From assembly GCA_963701075.1 (NCBI GenBank), contig OY969559.1:160001-224000 (forward strand): a stretch of DNA of 64,000 bases, written 5' to 3'. Shown here piece after piece: positions 1-9,145 of this stretch (the stretch's first letter is position 1; each line of letters opens with the position of its first letter). Below the pieces are notes generated by a model, which saw nothing but the letters and a program-made list of their open reading frames with translations, searched no databases and was not told the DNA's origin. This stretch comes from an uncultured Nitrososphaerota archaeon (GTDB lineage: Archaea; Thermoproteota; Nitrososphaeria; Nitrososphaerales; Nitrosopumilaceae). The translations under genes and the position numbers were made by a program.

Positions 1-451
1 CTACCGATGCGTCTTTGGTGCAAAATATTGCCTTTTGGCAGCGCACCTCTGGCTCTTGTCTTGATACTTCGGAGCTGTCCAAAAGTTTTATCTCTTCTTT
101 TTTCAGCCCGTTCTGCTCGCCCCATGATAGATACTTTTCAAGTCTCTTTGTTCCCTGCTCGTCAAGTGATACCTCTAGTACTCCATCTTTTTTGAACGGC
201 AAGCTCTTTTGTTTTGCGTACAGATCCCACATCTCAAAGCCAAGCGCTGCTGCCTTTGCAAAGAGCCTCTTTTTTTGCGGGTCATAAAGAAATGGCGCGT
301 GGACCTTTCCTGTGTTTCTTCTGCTGGTATGGAATGCAACTTCTGGCGCTTGCTCTAATACCAGAATTTTTTTGTCTGTAACTTGTGAGAGGAAATATCC
401 AAGTGAGGTTCCTAAAATTCCTGCTCCAATTATTGTAATGTCAGACTCCAT
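1..451 (-). CDS. FAD-dependent oxidoreductase (DAO/LhgO-like), 5' part; runs off window start
   Basis: Not in ORF track; manual translation from ATG at 451 gives MESDITIIGAGILGTSLGYFL...EQAPEVAFHTSRRNTGKVHA (GxGxxG plus S.RN.G..H motif). Confidence 0.8.
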   Translation of the reverse strand, partial: MESDITIIGAGILGTSLGYFLSQVTDKKILVLEQAPEVAFHTSRRNTGKVHAPFLYDPQKKRLFAKAAALGFEMWDLYAKQKSLPFKKDGVLEVSLDEQGTKRLEKYLSWGEQNGLKKEEIKLLDSSEVSRQEPEVRCQKAIFCTKDASV

Positions 452-555
452 AGATATTTTGTCAACAAGGGATCAAATAAGATGTTTTGATTGAGATGAT
501 GTATAACAGGGCTGTGTGGAAAAATTTAATTTGTCTCATGCCATAGGGGGATACA

Positions 556-1005
556 ATGAAGCTTGCCATACTAGGATGTGTTGCACTGCTTGCAGTCTCT
601 TCGAGTCCTGCATGGGCAGCGTTTGATGTTGACGGTAACTATTACTGCAATAGTTCCAATCTTCCACTAGAAGAGACAATCTACAAGTCATCTGTTGTCA
701 AGATAGATAGTGATCTGAATTCATATCTCTCGCTTGACCCAAGTGCGACAGACCAGGAACTACATAGCTATCTAATATCAGACCCTGACGTGGCAGGGCC
801 ATATTCCATCATGGAACAGTCAAAGGCATGTCTGCAGTCAAATGGAATAAATCCTGATTCGGTTACAGCGCCAAGCTCACTATTTCTTGAGGTCTTTGCA
901 GCTCCAGAGTTTGGAATCTTATCAGGTCTTGTGTTTGGCATCACGCTGGCAAGCGTTATTGTGCTTCAAAATAAAATTAATAGGTCAGCTTTGATTCAAG
1001 TCTAG
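556..1005 (+). CDS. Secreted protein with C-terminal PEFG-CTERM sorting signal
   Basis: N-terminal signal peptide; C-terminal APEFG + hydrophobic TM + basic tail. Confidence 0.75.
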   Translation: MKLAILGCVALLAVSSSPAWAAFDVDGNYYCNSSNLPLEETIYKSSVVKIDSDLNSYLSLDPSATDQELHSYLISDPDVAGPYSIMEQSKACLQSNGINPDSVTAPSSLFLEVFAAPEFGILSGLVFGITLASVIVLQNKINRSALIQV

Positions 1006-1589
1006 GCTGCTGCATGCCCCCAGCCTCTTGCCTCAAGCAGTGACGCTGTACTTTGTGTTACACATGCAGGACGAGGGTTAGAGTTGCTTATAACCAAGGA
1101 AAACCCTGACATGCATTTTACATTTGCCGGTTGTGTCCCTGCATTGACTTGAGCATTAGGTGATGGCATACTGCTTGTCATTGGCATGGAATTCATGTTA
1201 CCAGCCATTGCACCATTTGCCATGTTACCTGTCATGGTACCATTTGCCATAGTACCGGTCATGTTGCCATTATGATGCATGTGCATGCCCGTCATATTTC
1301 CTTGCATGGTACCGTTTCCCATGTAACCTGTCATGTTTCCATGGTGGTGCAACATGGCTGTTGCGTTTGCCGATGCACTCAACTGGTTTGTAATGTTTGG
1401 CATTCCTGTCTGGTTTGCGTTGGGAACCATGCCTGGCGTATAGGTCTCGCCTGGCGCACATGGATGGTTTCCACAGATCGGGGCACATGGCTGTGACGCG
1501 GTGCACGGGTTCTGAGCTGATGCCTGCATGCCATATCCTAATGCAGAGCCTGCAAGTAGTATCGATAATATTATGGGGGTAAGATTCAT
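1002..1589 (-). CDS. Secreted Met/His/Gly/Asn-rich low-complexity protein with Cys motifs
   Basis: Signal peptide, CTASQPCAPICGNHPC, GNMTG/NGTM repeats, C-terminal C...PACV...LEARGWG motif. Confidence 0.75.
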   Translation of the reverse strand: MNLTPIILSILLAGSALGYGMQASAQNPCTASQPCAPICGNHPCAPGETYTPGMVPNANQTGMPNITNQLSASANATAMLHHHGNMTGYMGNGTMQGNMTGMHMHHNGNMTGTMANGTMTGNMANGAMAGNMNSMPMTSSMPSPNAQVNAGTQPANVKCMSGFSLVISNSNPRPACVTQSTASLLEARGWGHAAA

Positions 1590-1759
1590 GATTTCTAATT
1601 ATAGAAATGGACAAATAAAGTTTGGCGTCATTTAGCTTTGGTTCCTTGAGCACGATCATTATTTTTTATACGGTTTTATCGCAATACAGTGCAGAACTTG
1701 GCAGTTTGTTCTAGCGTAATTTAGGCACTAGATGTGTTTTTCTGTAAAGATGTAAGATC

Positions 1760-2095
1760 TCAGAACTTGTTTATAGTTACATAGTACATCATTACATCTT
1801 TTTGTTCAAATCTTGCCTTTAGCTTTTTCTTTAATTTATGAAAAAACTCGATATTCTTTTTTGTTTTCTCGCAGACCACCCAGTACGTGCTGTTCTCATC
1901 GCTGATTCGATTTTTCGTATTGGGATCCGTCCACCCGCCTATCAAAGGCGAGTTATCTACGGTACAGCCGCCAAACCTATCAACAATCTCCTCAAAAGTT
2001 TTGGAATACTTTTCACCTTCTATTTTCTTTCGTTTACCAGTGGAACTATCATTATAATAATGGGGAAGTAAAATTTCTACCTTAAGATAAGGCAA
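1760..2095 (-). CDS. Hypothetical protein, possible toxin partner in two-gene module
   Basis: 111-aa ORF 4 nt downstream of 2100..2303; EILLP..YND...RFGG...ARFEQ pattern. Confidence 0.6.
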   Translation of the reverse strand: MPYLKVEILLPHYYNDSSTGKRKKIEGEKYSKTFEEIVDRFGGCTVDNSPLIGGWTDPNTKNRISDENSTYWVVCEKTKKNIEFFHKLKKKLKARFEQKDVMMYYVTINKF

Positions 2096-2099
2096 CTGT

Positions 2100-2303
2100 C
2101 TATTCGACTAGTTCGTACTTTATATTCTTATTTTTGAGCAGCTTGCAATCTTTTTTTTGCACGACAAGGGTGTTTTTTCCAATGCCACTGAATTGTGATT
2201 TGGAATGTATCAATTCATAGAATGCCTTTGCTTTTTCTTCTTCAGTGCGAAAACTTATTGTGCAGGTACCATTGCCTGATGTCATTTTTGACATGTCATA
2301 CAT
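2100..2303 (-). CDS. Small hypothetical protein, possible antitoxin
   Basis: 67-aa ORF tightly coupled to the downstream ORF. Confidence 0.55.
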   Translation of the reverse strand: MYDMSKMTSGNGTCTISFRTEEEKAKAFYELIHSKSQFSGIGKNTLVVQKKDCKLLKNKNIKYELVE

Positions 2304-2385
2304 AACAGCTAATTGTATTTAAAAGAAATGCCGTAAAGTTTGTCGCTCATGCGTTCTTGCCTAGAATTGTAAAGCGATTTTTCTT

Positions 2386-2836
2386 CTATTTCTTTCTGGT
2401 ACGCCTAAGTCTAGTGAGCAGTTCTTTTGGCGATATAGTCTCAAGATGCCGATTGGCTTTCTTTAACTCTTTGTCGTGTGTTACAAGATATTGTGCGCCT
2501 TTTGCAAGTCCGGTAGCAATTATCATAGCATCAGGCAATCTAAGGCCTGTATTAGCACGGACTCTTGCTGCCGCATCAGTCTATCTCCATGTCAAGCTCG
2601 GCAATTACAAAACCCTTGGCAGAAATTAAATGTGCAAGCAGCTCTTCCTTACCACTCTTGTCTCCTTGAGAATAGTATCCCGTACATAATTCTGCAATAG
2701 AGATTACAGATATGACTGCTTGTATGAAGCCATCTTCAACTGCATTCAATACCTGCAAAGAGTATACAGAATGCGGCTCGCTGGCATTCTTGGCATTGAG
2801 TAAGATGTTGGTATCAAGTATTACAGTAATTACCAT
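2386..2836 (-). CDS. vapC: PIN-domain toxin (VapC), apparent +1 frameshift at 2578-2582 (likely sequencing error)
   Basis: ILDTN...SIAEL N-terminus; second frame continues AAARVRANTGLRLPDAMIIATG...LVTHD; removing one base gives 149 aa. Confidence 0.85.
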
Positions 2837-3063
2837 TCTTTACGCATTCTCTTTTGGAACTTGACACTGTGTTCTCTCCATGGTTTCTGTCTGCGTAAAA
2901 TCTCAGAGAGCTTCTCCCTTGAAGCTTTTTTCATTGTCGCCTGCCCGTCCTCAATAGCAAAAATTACTCTATCACCTTCCTTTAGATCAAGTGAAGTCCT
3001 AATCTCCTTTGGAATTGTTATCTGACCCTTGGTGGTAATTGAACCTACGCTCAGCTCTGACAT
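2830..3063 (-). CDS. AbrB/MazE/SpoVT-family antitoxin
   Basis: ITTKGQITIPKEIR..L.L.EGD motif; overlaps vapC start. Confidence 0.9.
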   Translation of the reverse strand: MSELSVGSITTKGQITIPKEIRTSLDLKEGDRVIFAIEDGQATMKKASREKLSEILRRQKPWREHSVKFQKRMRKEW

Positions 3064-3064
3064 T

Positions 3065-3084
3065 TCCTTACTCTATAGTAAGGA
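3065..3084. promoter_or_regulatory. Putative antitoxin operator palindrome
   Basis: TCCTTACT-ctat-AGTAAGGA immediately upstream of the antitoxin start. Confidence 0.55.
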
Positions 3085-3106
3085 TTTCCTTGCTATTAAG
3101 TATATG

Positions 3107-4672
3107 TCAGACAGGCAGTAGTATGTGAATCGCAGTTCCCTTTCCTATTCCTTCTGATTCTGCCCAGATCTTTCCGCCGTGTCCCTCAACTATTCCCTTG
3201 CATATTGACAGGCCAAGCCCTGAGCCCTTGTGTTCTCTTGTACTTGACGTATCTACCTGATAGAACCTTACAAAGATCTTGTCCAGCTTGTCTTTTTGAA
3301 TTCCCGTTCCGTTGTCCTTTACAACTATAGAGCAGAATTTCTCTTTTTTGTCAAGCGTTATGGTTATGCTGCCTTTCTCCTTTGGACAAAAATTCATTGC
3401 ATTAAGTACCAAGTTTGTAACAACCTGAGATATCCTGGTATTGTCACATGTACATGCGGTATCTTGCCTAAGAGATGTTGTTATCTCTATCTTGTTTTTG
3501 TCAGTTAGTGGCTTTATGCCAGATATTGCATTTGAGATAATCTCTGCAAGGTTGTGCGTATTTTTTTCCAGCTTTAGCTGCCCAATCTCAATTTTTTGTG
3601 CGTCAAGCAGATCAGATATCAGTTTTTGCATCGAGTCCGTACTTGTCTTTACTATCTCAAGCCTTTCATGTTGCATTGGAGTAAGCGGGCCGAACCTTTC
3701 TGCAAGTGTCAGGTCAACATAGCCCTGTATTGGCACAAGGGGCGTCTTTAGTTCATGTGTGACCATTGCTAAAAATTCATCCTTTGCAAGCTCTGCATTT
3801 TTTAGCTCGGTATACTGCTGGCTTAGCTTTTCTTGGTCCTCTTCTATCTTTTTTCTCGAGTAATAAATTTCAGTGATATCCCTTAATGCAACTGTTCTTC
3901 CAGTCAGTCTTCCTTTCTCATCGTAAATGTTGGTACCGCTGAGCAGCGTTGGAAATTCAGAGCCGCCCTTTCTTTTCATCCATATTTCCCTGTTCACTAT
4001 CTTGCCAGACTTTTTCCATTCTGCAATGGATTTTGTAAGCTCGTCGAAACTTTTCTCTGCAGTATGGTCTACTGCCCTTGTTTTTCCTATAATCTCCTCT
4101 TTTGTGTATCCAAGATTTTTTGCATATGCGTCATTGCAGTCAATTATTTTTTCATCAGATGTTATGGTACGCAGCATGTCAGGTGAGCTGTCATACAGGT
4201 TACGGTATTTTTTTTCCGTAAGTACAAGGGACTCGTGCGTCTTTTTTAGTTCTGCATACTGGTCTTTTAGCCTGACCTCGCCCTCTTCTGCCTTTTTTAG
4301 CGTATCATGAAGTTTTGATATGTCCTGAATTGCAACGATATATTCTGGTGGTTCTATTTTTCCAAGCCTTGCGCCGCTGCACATGCCGTAAAACTTTGTC
4401 TTGTCTTTTTTTATCAGCAGTATCTCAATTAGCGGGCCTGCCCCTGTCTTTTGCATCTGTGCAAACCCGTCAAGTGCGACCTTTTTGTAATCTTGTTCAA
4501 TAAAGTCAAAGCATGATTTTCCAACCAGCTCCTCTTTTGTGTATCCGATATAGTCAAGTGCACGCCGGTTGATGTCAGTTATTATTCCGTTATTGTCAAG
4601 CGTACACACTAGATTGGGGGATACCTCAAAGAAGAGCCTGAACCTGCTTTCGTCCTGGTTCTGGGAATCCAT
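3107..4672 (-). CDS. PAS-PAS sensor histidine kinase
   Basis: Two PAS domains, H-box THELKTPL, N-box NLVLNA, DNGTG and GSGLGL G-boxes; ATG at 4672 preferred over 4714. Confidence 0.92.
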   Translation of the reverse strand: MDSQNQDESRFRLFFEVSPNLVCTLDNNGIITDINRRALDYIGYTKEELVGKSCFDFIEQDYKKVALDGFAQMQKTGAGPLIEILLIKKDKTKFYGMCSGARLGKIEPPEYIVAIQDISKLHDTLKKAEEGEVRLKDQYAELKKTHESLVLTEKKYRNLYDSSPDMLRTITSDEKIIDCNDAYAKNLGYTKEEIIGKTRAVDHTAEKSFDELTKSIAEWKKSGKIVNREIWMKRKGGSEFPTLLSGTNIYDEKGRLTGRTVALRDITEIYYSRKKIEEDQEKLSQQYTELKNAELAKDEFLAMVTHELKTPLVPIQGYVDLTLAERFGPLTPMQHERLEIVKTSTDSMQKLISDLLDAQKIEIGQLKLEKNTHNLAEIISNAISGIKPLTDKNKIEITTSLRQDTACTCDNTRISQVVTNLVLNAMNFCPKEKGSITITLDKKEKFCSIVVKDNGTGIQKDKLDKIFVRFYQVDTSSTREHKGSGLGLSICKGIVEGHGGKIWAESEGIGKGTAIHILLPV

Positions 4673-4741
4673 GTTCTTATAACAGGTACCGTCCCCTTTT
4701 ATAACCCCAGCCACTGGTTGCCAAATTTTAGAAATTGTAAC

Positions 4742-4843
4742 TTAGATTGTCTCTTTGAAGCACGAGCATTTTTTTGACTTGTGTGTAATACATCCCACAA
4801 GCCTGTGGTCCTTGCAGCCGCAAATTATGCATTTTTTATCCAT
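4742..4843 (-). CDS. 33-aa Cys/His-rich microprotein
   Basis: Manual translation MDKKCIICGCKDHRLVGCITHKSKKCSCFKETI*; below ORF track cutoff. Confidence 0.5.
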   Translation of the reverse strand: MDKKCIICGCKDHRLVGCITHKSKKCSCFKETI

Positions 4844-5032
4844 TTGAGATGATCTTTGGCACCATGATATTAATTGGTTCTAGTCTTTGCAAAAAAAAGA
4901 GATTTTTTAAAAATCAAGGTAAAGAGCGGCGAAAGTTCTGGTATTTTTTTGCAGATGTAACAAAGTACAATCTAAATTGTATAGCAAGAATCTTCCATAG
5001 GTTTTAGTATATCACAAATATACCGCACCTCA

Positions 5033-5935
5033 ATGTCTGGTCAGGAATCTGTCGAGTGGCAAATAATAAACAAAGTTCAGGAGACTGTCAATACATACAC
5101 GTATACATTTTCAACTGGAAAAAAATATGAGCTTGGCATTGGCCAGTTTGTTACAATTGGTGCACATCTGAAAAGGCCCACTATATCTGGCGGAACAGAA
5201 GAGAGTTTTGTAGAGCGTGCATATTCTATTGCGTCATCACCTGACAGGGAGAAAGTCGAGCTGACAATAAAATGCGAAAAGCCCTACGGATACATCAATC
5301 CTGCACTAAAAAAGGCCGACGGTTTTGCCGCCTACTTTTTTGAGCAGGCAAAGATTGGCGACAAGGTAAAGGTAAAGTTTGGCTTGAAAAAAGACCATTT
5401 TCTCTCAAAAATAATCTCTGGAGCAGAAAAAGACATTGCATACTGGTCAGGCGAGAACGGGGCAGAATCTGCAAGAAGCCTGATACAGTACATGCAGGAC
5501 AGGCCGGACCTTGGAATCAAGCTTGTTCTCTTTTACAGTAACCCATACCTGTACCTTGATAAGAGTATCAACGTGATTTACTATAACTGGCTAATTGAGA
5601 TGGCAAAAAAGATGGAAAACTTTAGCGTTGTCTTTACATTTACAAGGGATTCTGAAATCCCTGTATCTGACCATCCGCGTGTGTTTTTCCGAAAGGGTAG
5701 GTTCTTTGTGGATTCTGCAGGAGAAGTGGAGAAGACTTTGTCAAAATATCATGGCACTCCAAAATCTGTGTTCAACCCAATTTGTGGAAGCAGTGGCTTT
5801 ATCATTGGCGTAAGCCAGGGACAAGACGGAAAACTTGTCAAGGGACGCGGCATCATGCACAACCTAATGGAAGTTGAAGGCATACCTGCAGAAAAGATTG
5901 ACAAGGAACAGTTCTATCTTGACCACGCACATTAA
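5033..5935 (+). CDS. FAD/NAD(P)-binding oxidoreductase, ferredoxin-NADP reductase-like
   Basis: GQFVT and RAYSIASSP FAD motifs, ICG motif, C-terminal EQFY. Confidence 0.8.
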   Translation: MSGQESVEWQIINKVQETVNTYTYTFSTGKKYELGIGQFVTIGAHLKRPTISGGTEESFVERAYSIASSPDREKVELTIKCEKPYGYINPALKKADGFAAYFFEQAKIGDKVKVKFGLKKDHFLSKIISGAEKDIAYWSGENGAESARSLIQYMQDRPDLGIKLVLFYSNPYLYLDKSINVIYYNWLIEMAKKMENFSVVFTFTRDSEIPVSDHPRVFFRKGRFFVDSAGEVEKTLSKYHGTPKSVFNPICGSSGFIIGVSQGQDGKLVKGRGIMHNLMEVEGIPAEKIDKEQFYLDHAH

Positions 5936-6001
5936 AAGGAAAACCTGACGTGAGATACTGGTGCAAGGAACTTAAATAAATAAACAAGTGGTTGTTATTA
6001 C

Positions 6002-6193
6002 ATGTCAGTTAAGATAAAAGACATCAAGACTCTGGCGATCAAAGAAGACGATGGTTCCTATTCCATAACATGTTCTGCATTAGGAGTTTATAGTACTGGA
6101 AAAAACATGGCAGAGGCCAGAAAAAACTTTGTCAAAGCCCTTGAGCTTCATCTGTCTGTTTTAAGAGAAAAGGCTACTGAAATAGCGGTTTGA
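6002..6193 (+). CDS. HicB-like antitoxin (orphan)
   Basis: EDDGSY...GVYSTG...EA..N...ALELHL pattern; no adjacent HicA. Confidence 0.7.
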   Translation: MSVKIKDIKTLAIKEDDGSYSITCSALGVYSTGKNMAEARKNFVKALELHLSVLREKATEIAV

Positions 6194-6216
6194 AAAGACT
6201 TGCATTTTGCATCAAA

Positions 6217-6471
6217 TCATTTGTAAACTTTTTTTCTGTGCTCAAATCTTAGCAGATATAGAACTGTTCCCTGATATGCATAGATGAGCCTGTAGGGTTT
6301 TACATAGACCGTCCTTTCACCTTTCAAGTCATATCTTAGCGGCTTTCCTAACTCAGGAGATTCTACTATGTTTTGTATCTGCTTTTGCAGTTTTTCTTTT
6401 AGTTTGCTATCTTTGATTTTTGTAACTTCTTTTTTGAACTTGTCAGACCATATTATTTGGGTAATTACCAT
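6217..6471 (-). CDS. RelE/ParE-family toxin
   Basis: GKPLRYDLKGER..YVKPYRLIY...FEHRKKVY; start at ATG 6471 overlapping the antitoxin stop. Confidence 0.85.
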   Translation of the reverse strand: MVITQIIWSDKFKKEVTKIKDSKLKEKLQKQIQNIVESPELGKPLRYDLKGERTVYVKPYRLIYAYQGTVLYLLRFEHRKKVYK

Positions 6472-6737
6472 TTGGCAAATTCCATAAAGAATTTGGATGT
6501 ATTGGCTTTTCCACCCTTGCCAGTTTCTATTTCCCGCCATGCCTCATGGATTGACTTGAGTGTTTTAATATCGTCCTGACTCAATTTTTGGTCTACCTTT
6601 TTTAGAACGATCAAACCTTTTTTTTCTGTTATGACAAATACGTTTCCATCCTTTATGTCAAGTTTTTTTCTTACCTTGTTTGGTATTACTATCTGTCCCC
6701 TGCTGCTAACTGTGGTGAACATGGTTTCATTTGACAT
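6465..6737 (-). CDS. AbrB/MazE/SpoVT-family antitoxin
   Basis: VSSRGQIVIPNKVRKKL.I.DG motif. Confidence 0.88.
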   Translation of the reverse strand: MSNETMFTTVSSRGQIVIPNKVRKKLDIKDGNVFVITEKKGLIVLKKVDQKLSQDDIKTLKSIHEAWREIETGKGGKANTSKFFMEFAKW

Positions 6738-6740
6738 GAT

Positions 6741-6755
6741 GTAAGATTATCTTAC
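6741..6755. promoter_or_regulatory. Putative antitoxin operator palindrome
   Basis: GTAAGAT-t-ATCTTAC 3 nt upstream of the antitoxin start. Confidence 0.55.
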
Positions 6756-6811
6756 TAAATATTAAATGTGTTTGCCGTAGACAGTAGATTTCTTGTACAA
6801 TCCCTTTAGGT

Positions 6812-7339
6812 CTAGTCCTTCAGATACCCCATATCTTCAAGCTTTTGGATCAAAGCATCAAGGGACTCTTGTGGCGTAGAGTTTTCAGTATCCAAAATTA
6901 TCTCCGGATTTGTTGGCTCTTCGTATGGCGATGATATTCCTGTCATGTTTTTTACCTCGCCTGCCTTGGCTTTCTGGTATAGTCCCTTTGGGTCTCTCTT
7001 GATGCATGTTTCCAGTGATGCCTTGATGTAGACCTCTACAAAGTTTGGGATCTCTTTTCTTGCAAGCTCTCGTGTCTCGCGGTATGGGGAGATTAATGGT
7101 ATGATTGTGGTAATATCGTTTTTTACCAACAGCTTGGCAATTTCTATTACCCGCCTGTTGTGCTCCTTTCTTCCCTGTTCGGTATAATCGCAGTCAGAAC
7201 TTAGCGTCTTTCTTAGCTCGTCTCCATCTAGTATCATTACCGGCATATTCTTTGATTTGAGATAGTTTTTGACTAGTCCTGCAATTGTGCTCTTGCCGGA
7301 GGCCGGAAGACCAGTAATCCACATAGCAGGAACTTCCAT
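6812..7339 (-). CDS. cysC: Adenylyl-sulfate (APS) kinase
   Basis: WITGLPASGKST P-loop, LDGD, RDPKGLY, TGISSPYEEP. Confidence 0.95.
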   Translation of the reverse strand: MEVPAMWITGLPASGKSTIAGLVKNYLKSKNMPVMILDGDELRKTLSSDCDYTEQGRKEHNRRVIEIAKLLVKNDITTIIPLISPYRETRELARKEIPNFVEVYIKASLETCIKRDPKGLYQKAKAGEVKNMTGISSPYEEPTNPEIILDTENSTPQESLDALIQKLEDMGYLKD

Positions 7340-7434
7340 TCAACAATGGGTTCTATTTTTTGCATATATGAATTACGTAACTTTGTTGACGAACTTTGTT
7401 CCCTATGCTCTGCCACGATATTTTTTATGATAAA

Positions 7435-8499
7435 TTAAAGTCTGATTTGTGATCTTTCACCAAGTAAGAACTGGTGCTTTTTTGGATGCGTGTGGTCCTC
7501 AATTTCTGATTCACGGGCTATGATGCTGTCTACTAGGTGCACTCTAGCATCAATCTTTGCGCCTTCCATTATGATTGAATTTTCAATGTCACATTTTTTT
7601 AAAGATACATTGTTTCCAACGCTGGCATAAGGTCCAAGCCTTACTGCAGGCCCTATGGTACAATTATCGCCAATTATTACAGGCCCTGTAACAAACGAGT
7701 CTCTGGATATGGTTGTGTTCTTTCCAATTACTAAATTTCCTCTAACTTCTGAGCCGCTTGATATTACAAACTGGTTCGGCGTTCCAATTGAATCCAGCAC
7801 CAATTGGTTTGCATGCAAGATATCTTCTGGCGTGCCCGTATCCTTCCACCAGCCTGTTACCGTATCATATTCTATTGTACCACCACTGTTCATCAAAAGG
7901 TCCAGCGCATCTGTAATCTCTAGCTCGCCCCGCCATGACGGCTTTAGCTTGTCTATTATACCAAATATCTTGGGGGTGAGAAAATAGATTCCAATTACTG
8001 CCAGGTTTGACTGAGGGTTTTTTGGCTTTTCCATTATCTTTTTTATTTTCTTTCCGTCAAGCTCTGCTATGCCAAACCTTGAAGGGTCGTCGACTTCGCA
8101 GAGAAGTATCATTGCCTCTGCACTGGATACTTTGAATTTTTTTGTATAGTCGACCAGTCCCTTTCGTAAAATGTTGTCGCCAAGATATACGACAAACCTG
8201 TCATTTCCGATAAAGTCTTTGCATAATCTGATTGCATGAGAGATGCCAGCAGGCTTGTCCTGGTAAATGTATGTAATTTTTACGCCAAATTTAGAACCGT
8301 CGCCGTAGAACTCTTTTACCTTTTCCGGATAGACATCTCCTATTATGATTCCAATCTCGGTGATTCCCGCCTCTCTGAAATCTTCGAGTGCATACTGTGA
8401 CATGGGCTTGTTTGCAATTGGTAAAAGTTGCTTAGGTCCTGTATGTGTGAGCGGTCTCAGTCTTGTCCCATGGCCGCCGTGAAGTATGATTCCTTTCAT
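7435..8499 (-). CDS. rfbA: Glucose-1-phosphate thymidylyltransferase, long form
   Basis: GGHGTRLRPLT..GPKQLLP, RGELEITD, C-terminal hexapeptide repeats. Confidence 0.93.
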   Translation of the reverse strand: MKGIILHGGHGTRLRPLTHTGPKQLLPIANKPMSQYALEDFREAGITEIGIIIGDVYPEKVKEFYGDGSKFGVKITYIYQDKPAGISHAIRLCKDFIGNDRFVVYLGDNILRKGLVDYTKKFKVSSAEAMILLCEVDDPSRFGIAELDGKKIKKIMEKPKNPQSNLAVIGIYFLTPKIFGIIDKLKPSWRGELEITDALDLLMNSGGTIEYDTVTGWWKDTGTPEDILHANQLVLDSIGTPNQFVISSGSEVRGNLVIGKNTTISRDSFVTGPVIIGDNCTIGPAVRLGPYASVGNNVSLKKCDIENSIIMEGAKIDARVHLVDSIIARESEIEDHTHPKKHQFLLGERSQIRL

Positions 8500-8581
8500 T
8501 TTGATCCGTGTTATGATATACAGCATATTTCAAGGTGCTGTCAAATTAGATTCATAAAAATAACTATCTGGTGAGATCAAC

Positions 8582-8605
8582 AGGTTCTGTCAACTTGATG
8601 GCTCA
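8582..8605 (+). mobile_element. Solo copy of the left terminal inverted repeat of the TnpB element
   Basis: AGGTTCTGTCAACTTGATGGCTCA identical to 10123-10146. Confidence 0.8.
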
Positions 8606-8634
8606 ATGGTTTGTAGTGACTTGGAGTTAACTAG

Positions 8635-8868
8635 TCATCCAAGAAGCCTTGAAAAATCTTCCACGCTCATTCCAGCATCATCTATTATTCTGCTCAACGT
8701 GCCTTTCTTCAACTCTTTATGCAAGGGAACAGTAAGCTTGATTATTTTATCAGCATGAACTTTTTCTAATCTCACATGACTGCCTTTCTGTCTTATGACC
8801 CTAAAACCAGCCTTACTGAGTGCCTTTATGACATCCTTGCCAGAAGTTATAGGTAGTTTGGTGCTCAA
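8635..8868 (-). CDS. hicA: HicA toxin
   Basis: GF..IRQKGSH...TVPLH.EL.KGTL..I motif. Confidence 0.92.
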   Translation of the reverse strand: MSTKLPITSGKDVIKALSKAGFRVIRQKGSHVRLEKVHADKIIKLTVPLHKELKKGTLSRIIDDAGMSVEDFSRLLG

Positions 8869-9056
8869 ATAGCAACCTCAACAATCTCCTTTCCTTCTGC
8901 TTTCTCAGTATATTCTAGATAAAGCTCTATGGCTTCTCGTATGTTGTGAAGTGTTTCTTCTTTTGTTTCACCTTCACTTATACATCCCGGAAGTGATGGT
9001 ACGTATGCAGTATAACCTCCCTCTTCTTGTGACTCGAGAACTACCTTGATCTTCAA
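8865..9056 (-). CDS. hicB: HicB antitoxin
   Basis: EEGGY.AYVPSLPGCISEGET.EE...NIREAIELYLE. Confidence 0.92.
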   Translation of the reverse strand: MKIKVVLESQEEGGYTAYVPSLPGCISEGETKEETLHNIREAIELYLEYTEKAEGKEIVEVAI

Positions 9057-9145
9057 CTGTTATAATTTTGTCTAGGTGATAAATATTGGTTCTGTTTGAT
9101 ATGTCTTATTGCCCTCAACTGGCAAAGTTACTTGAAATCTGGTCT

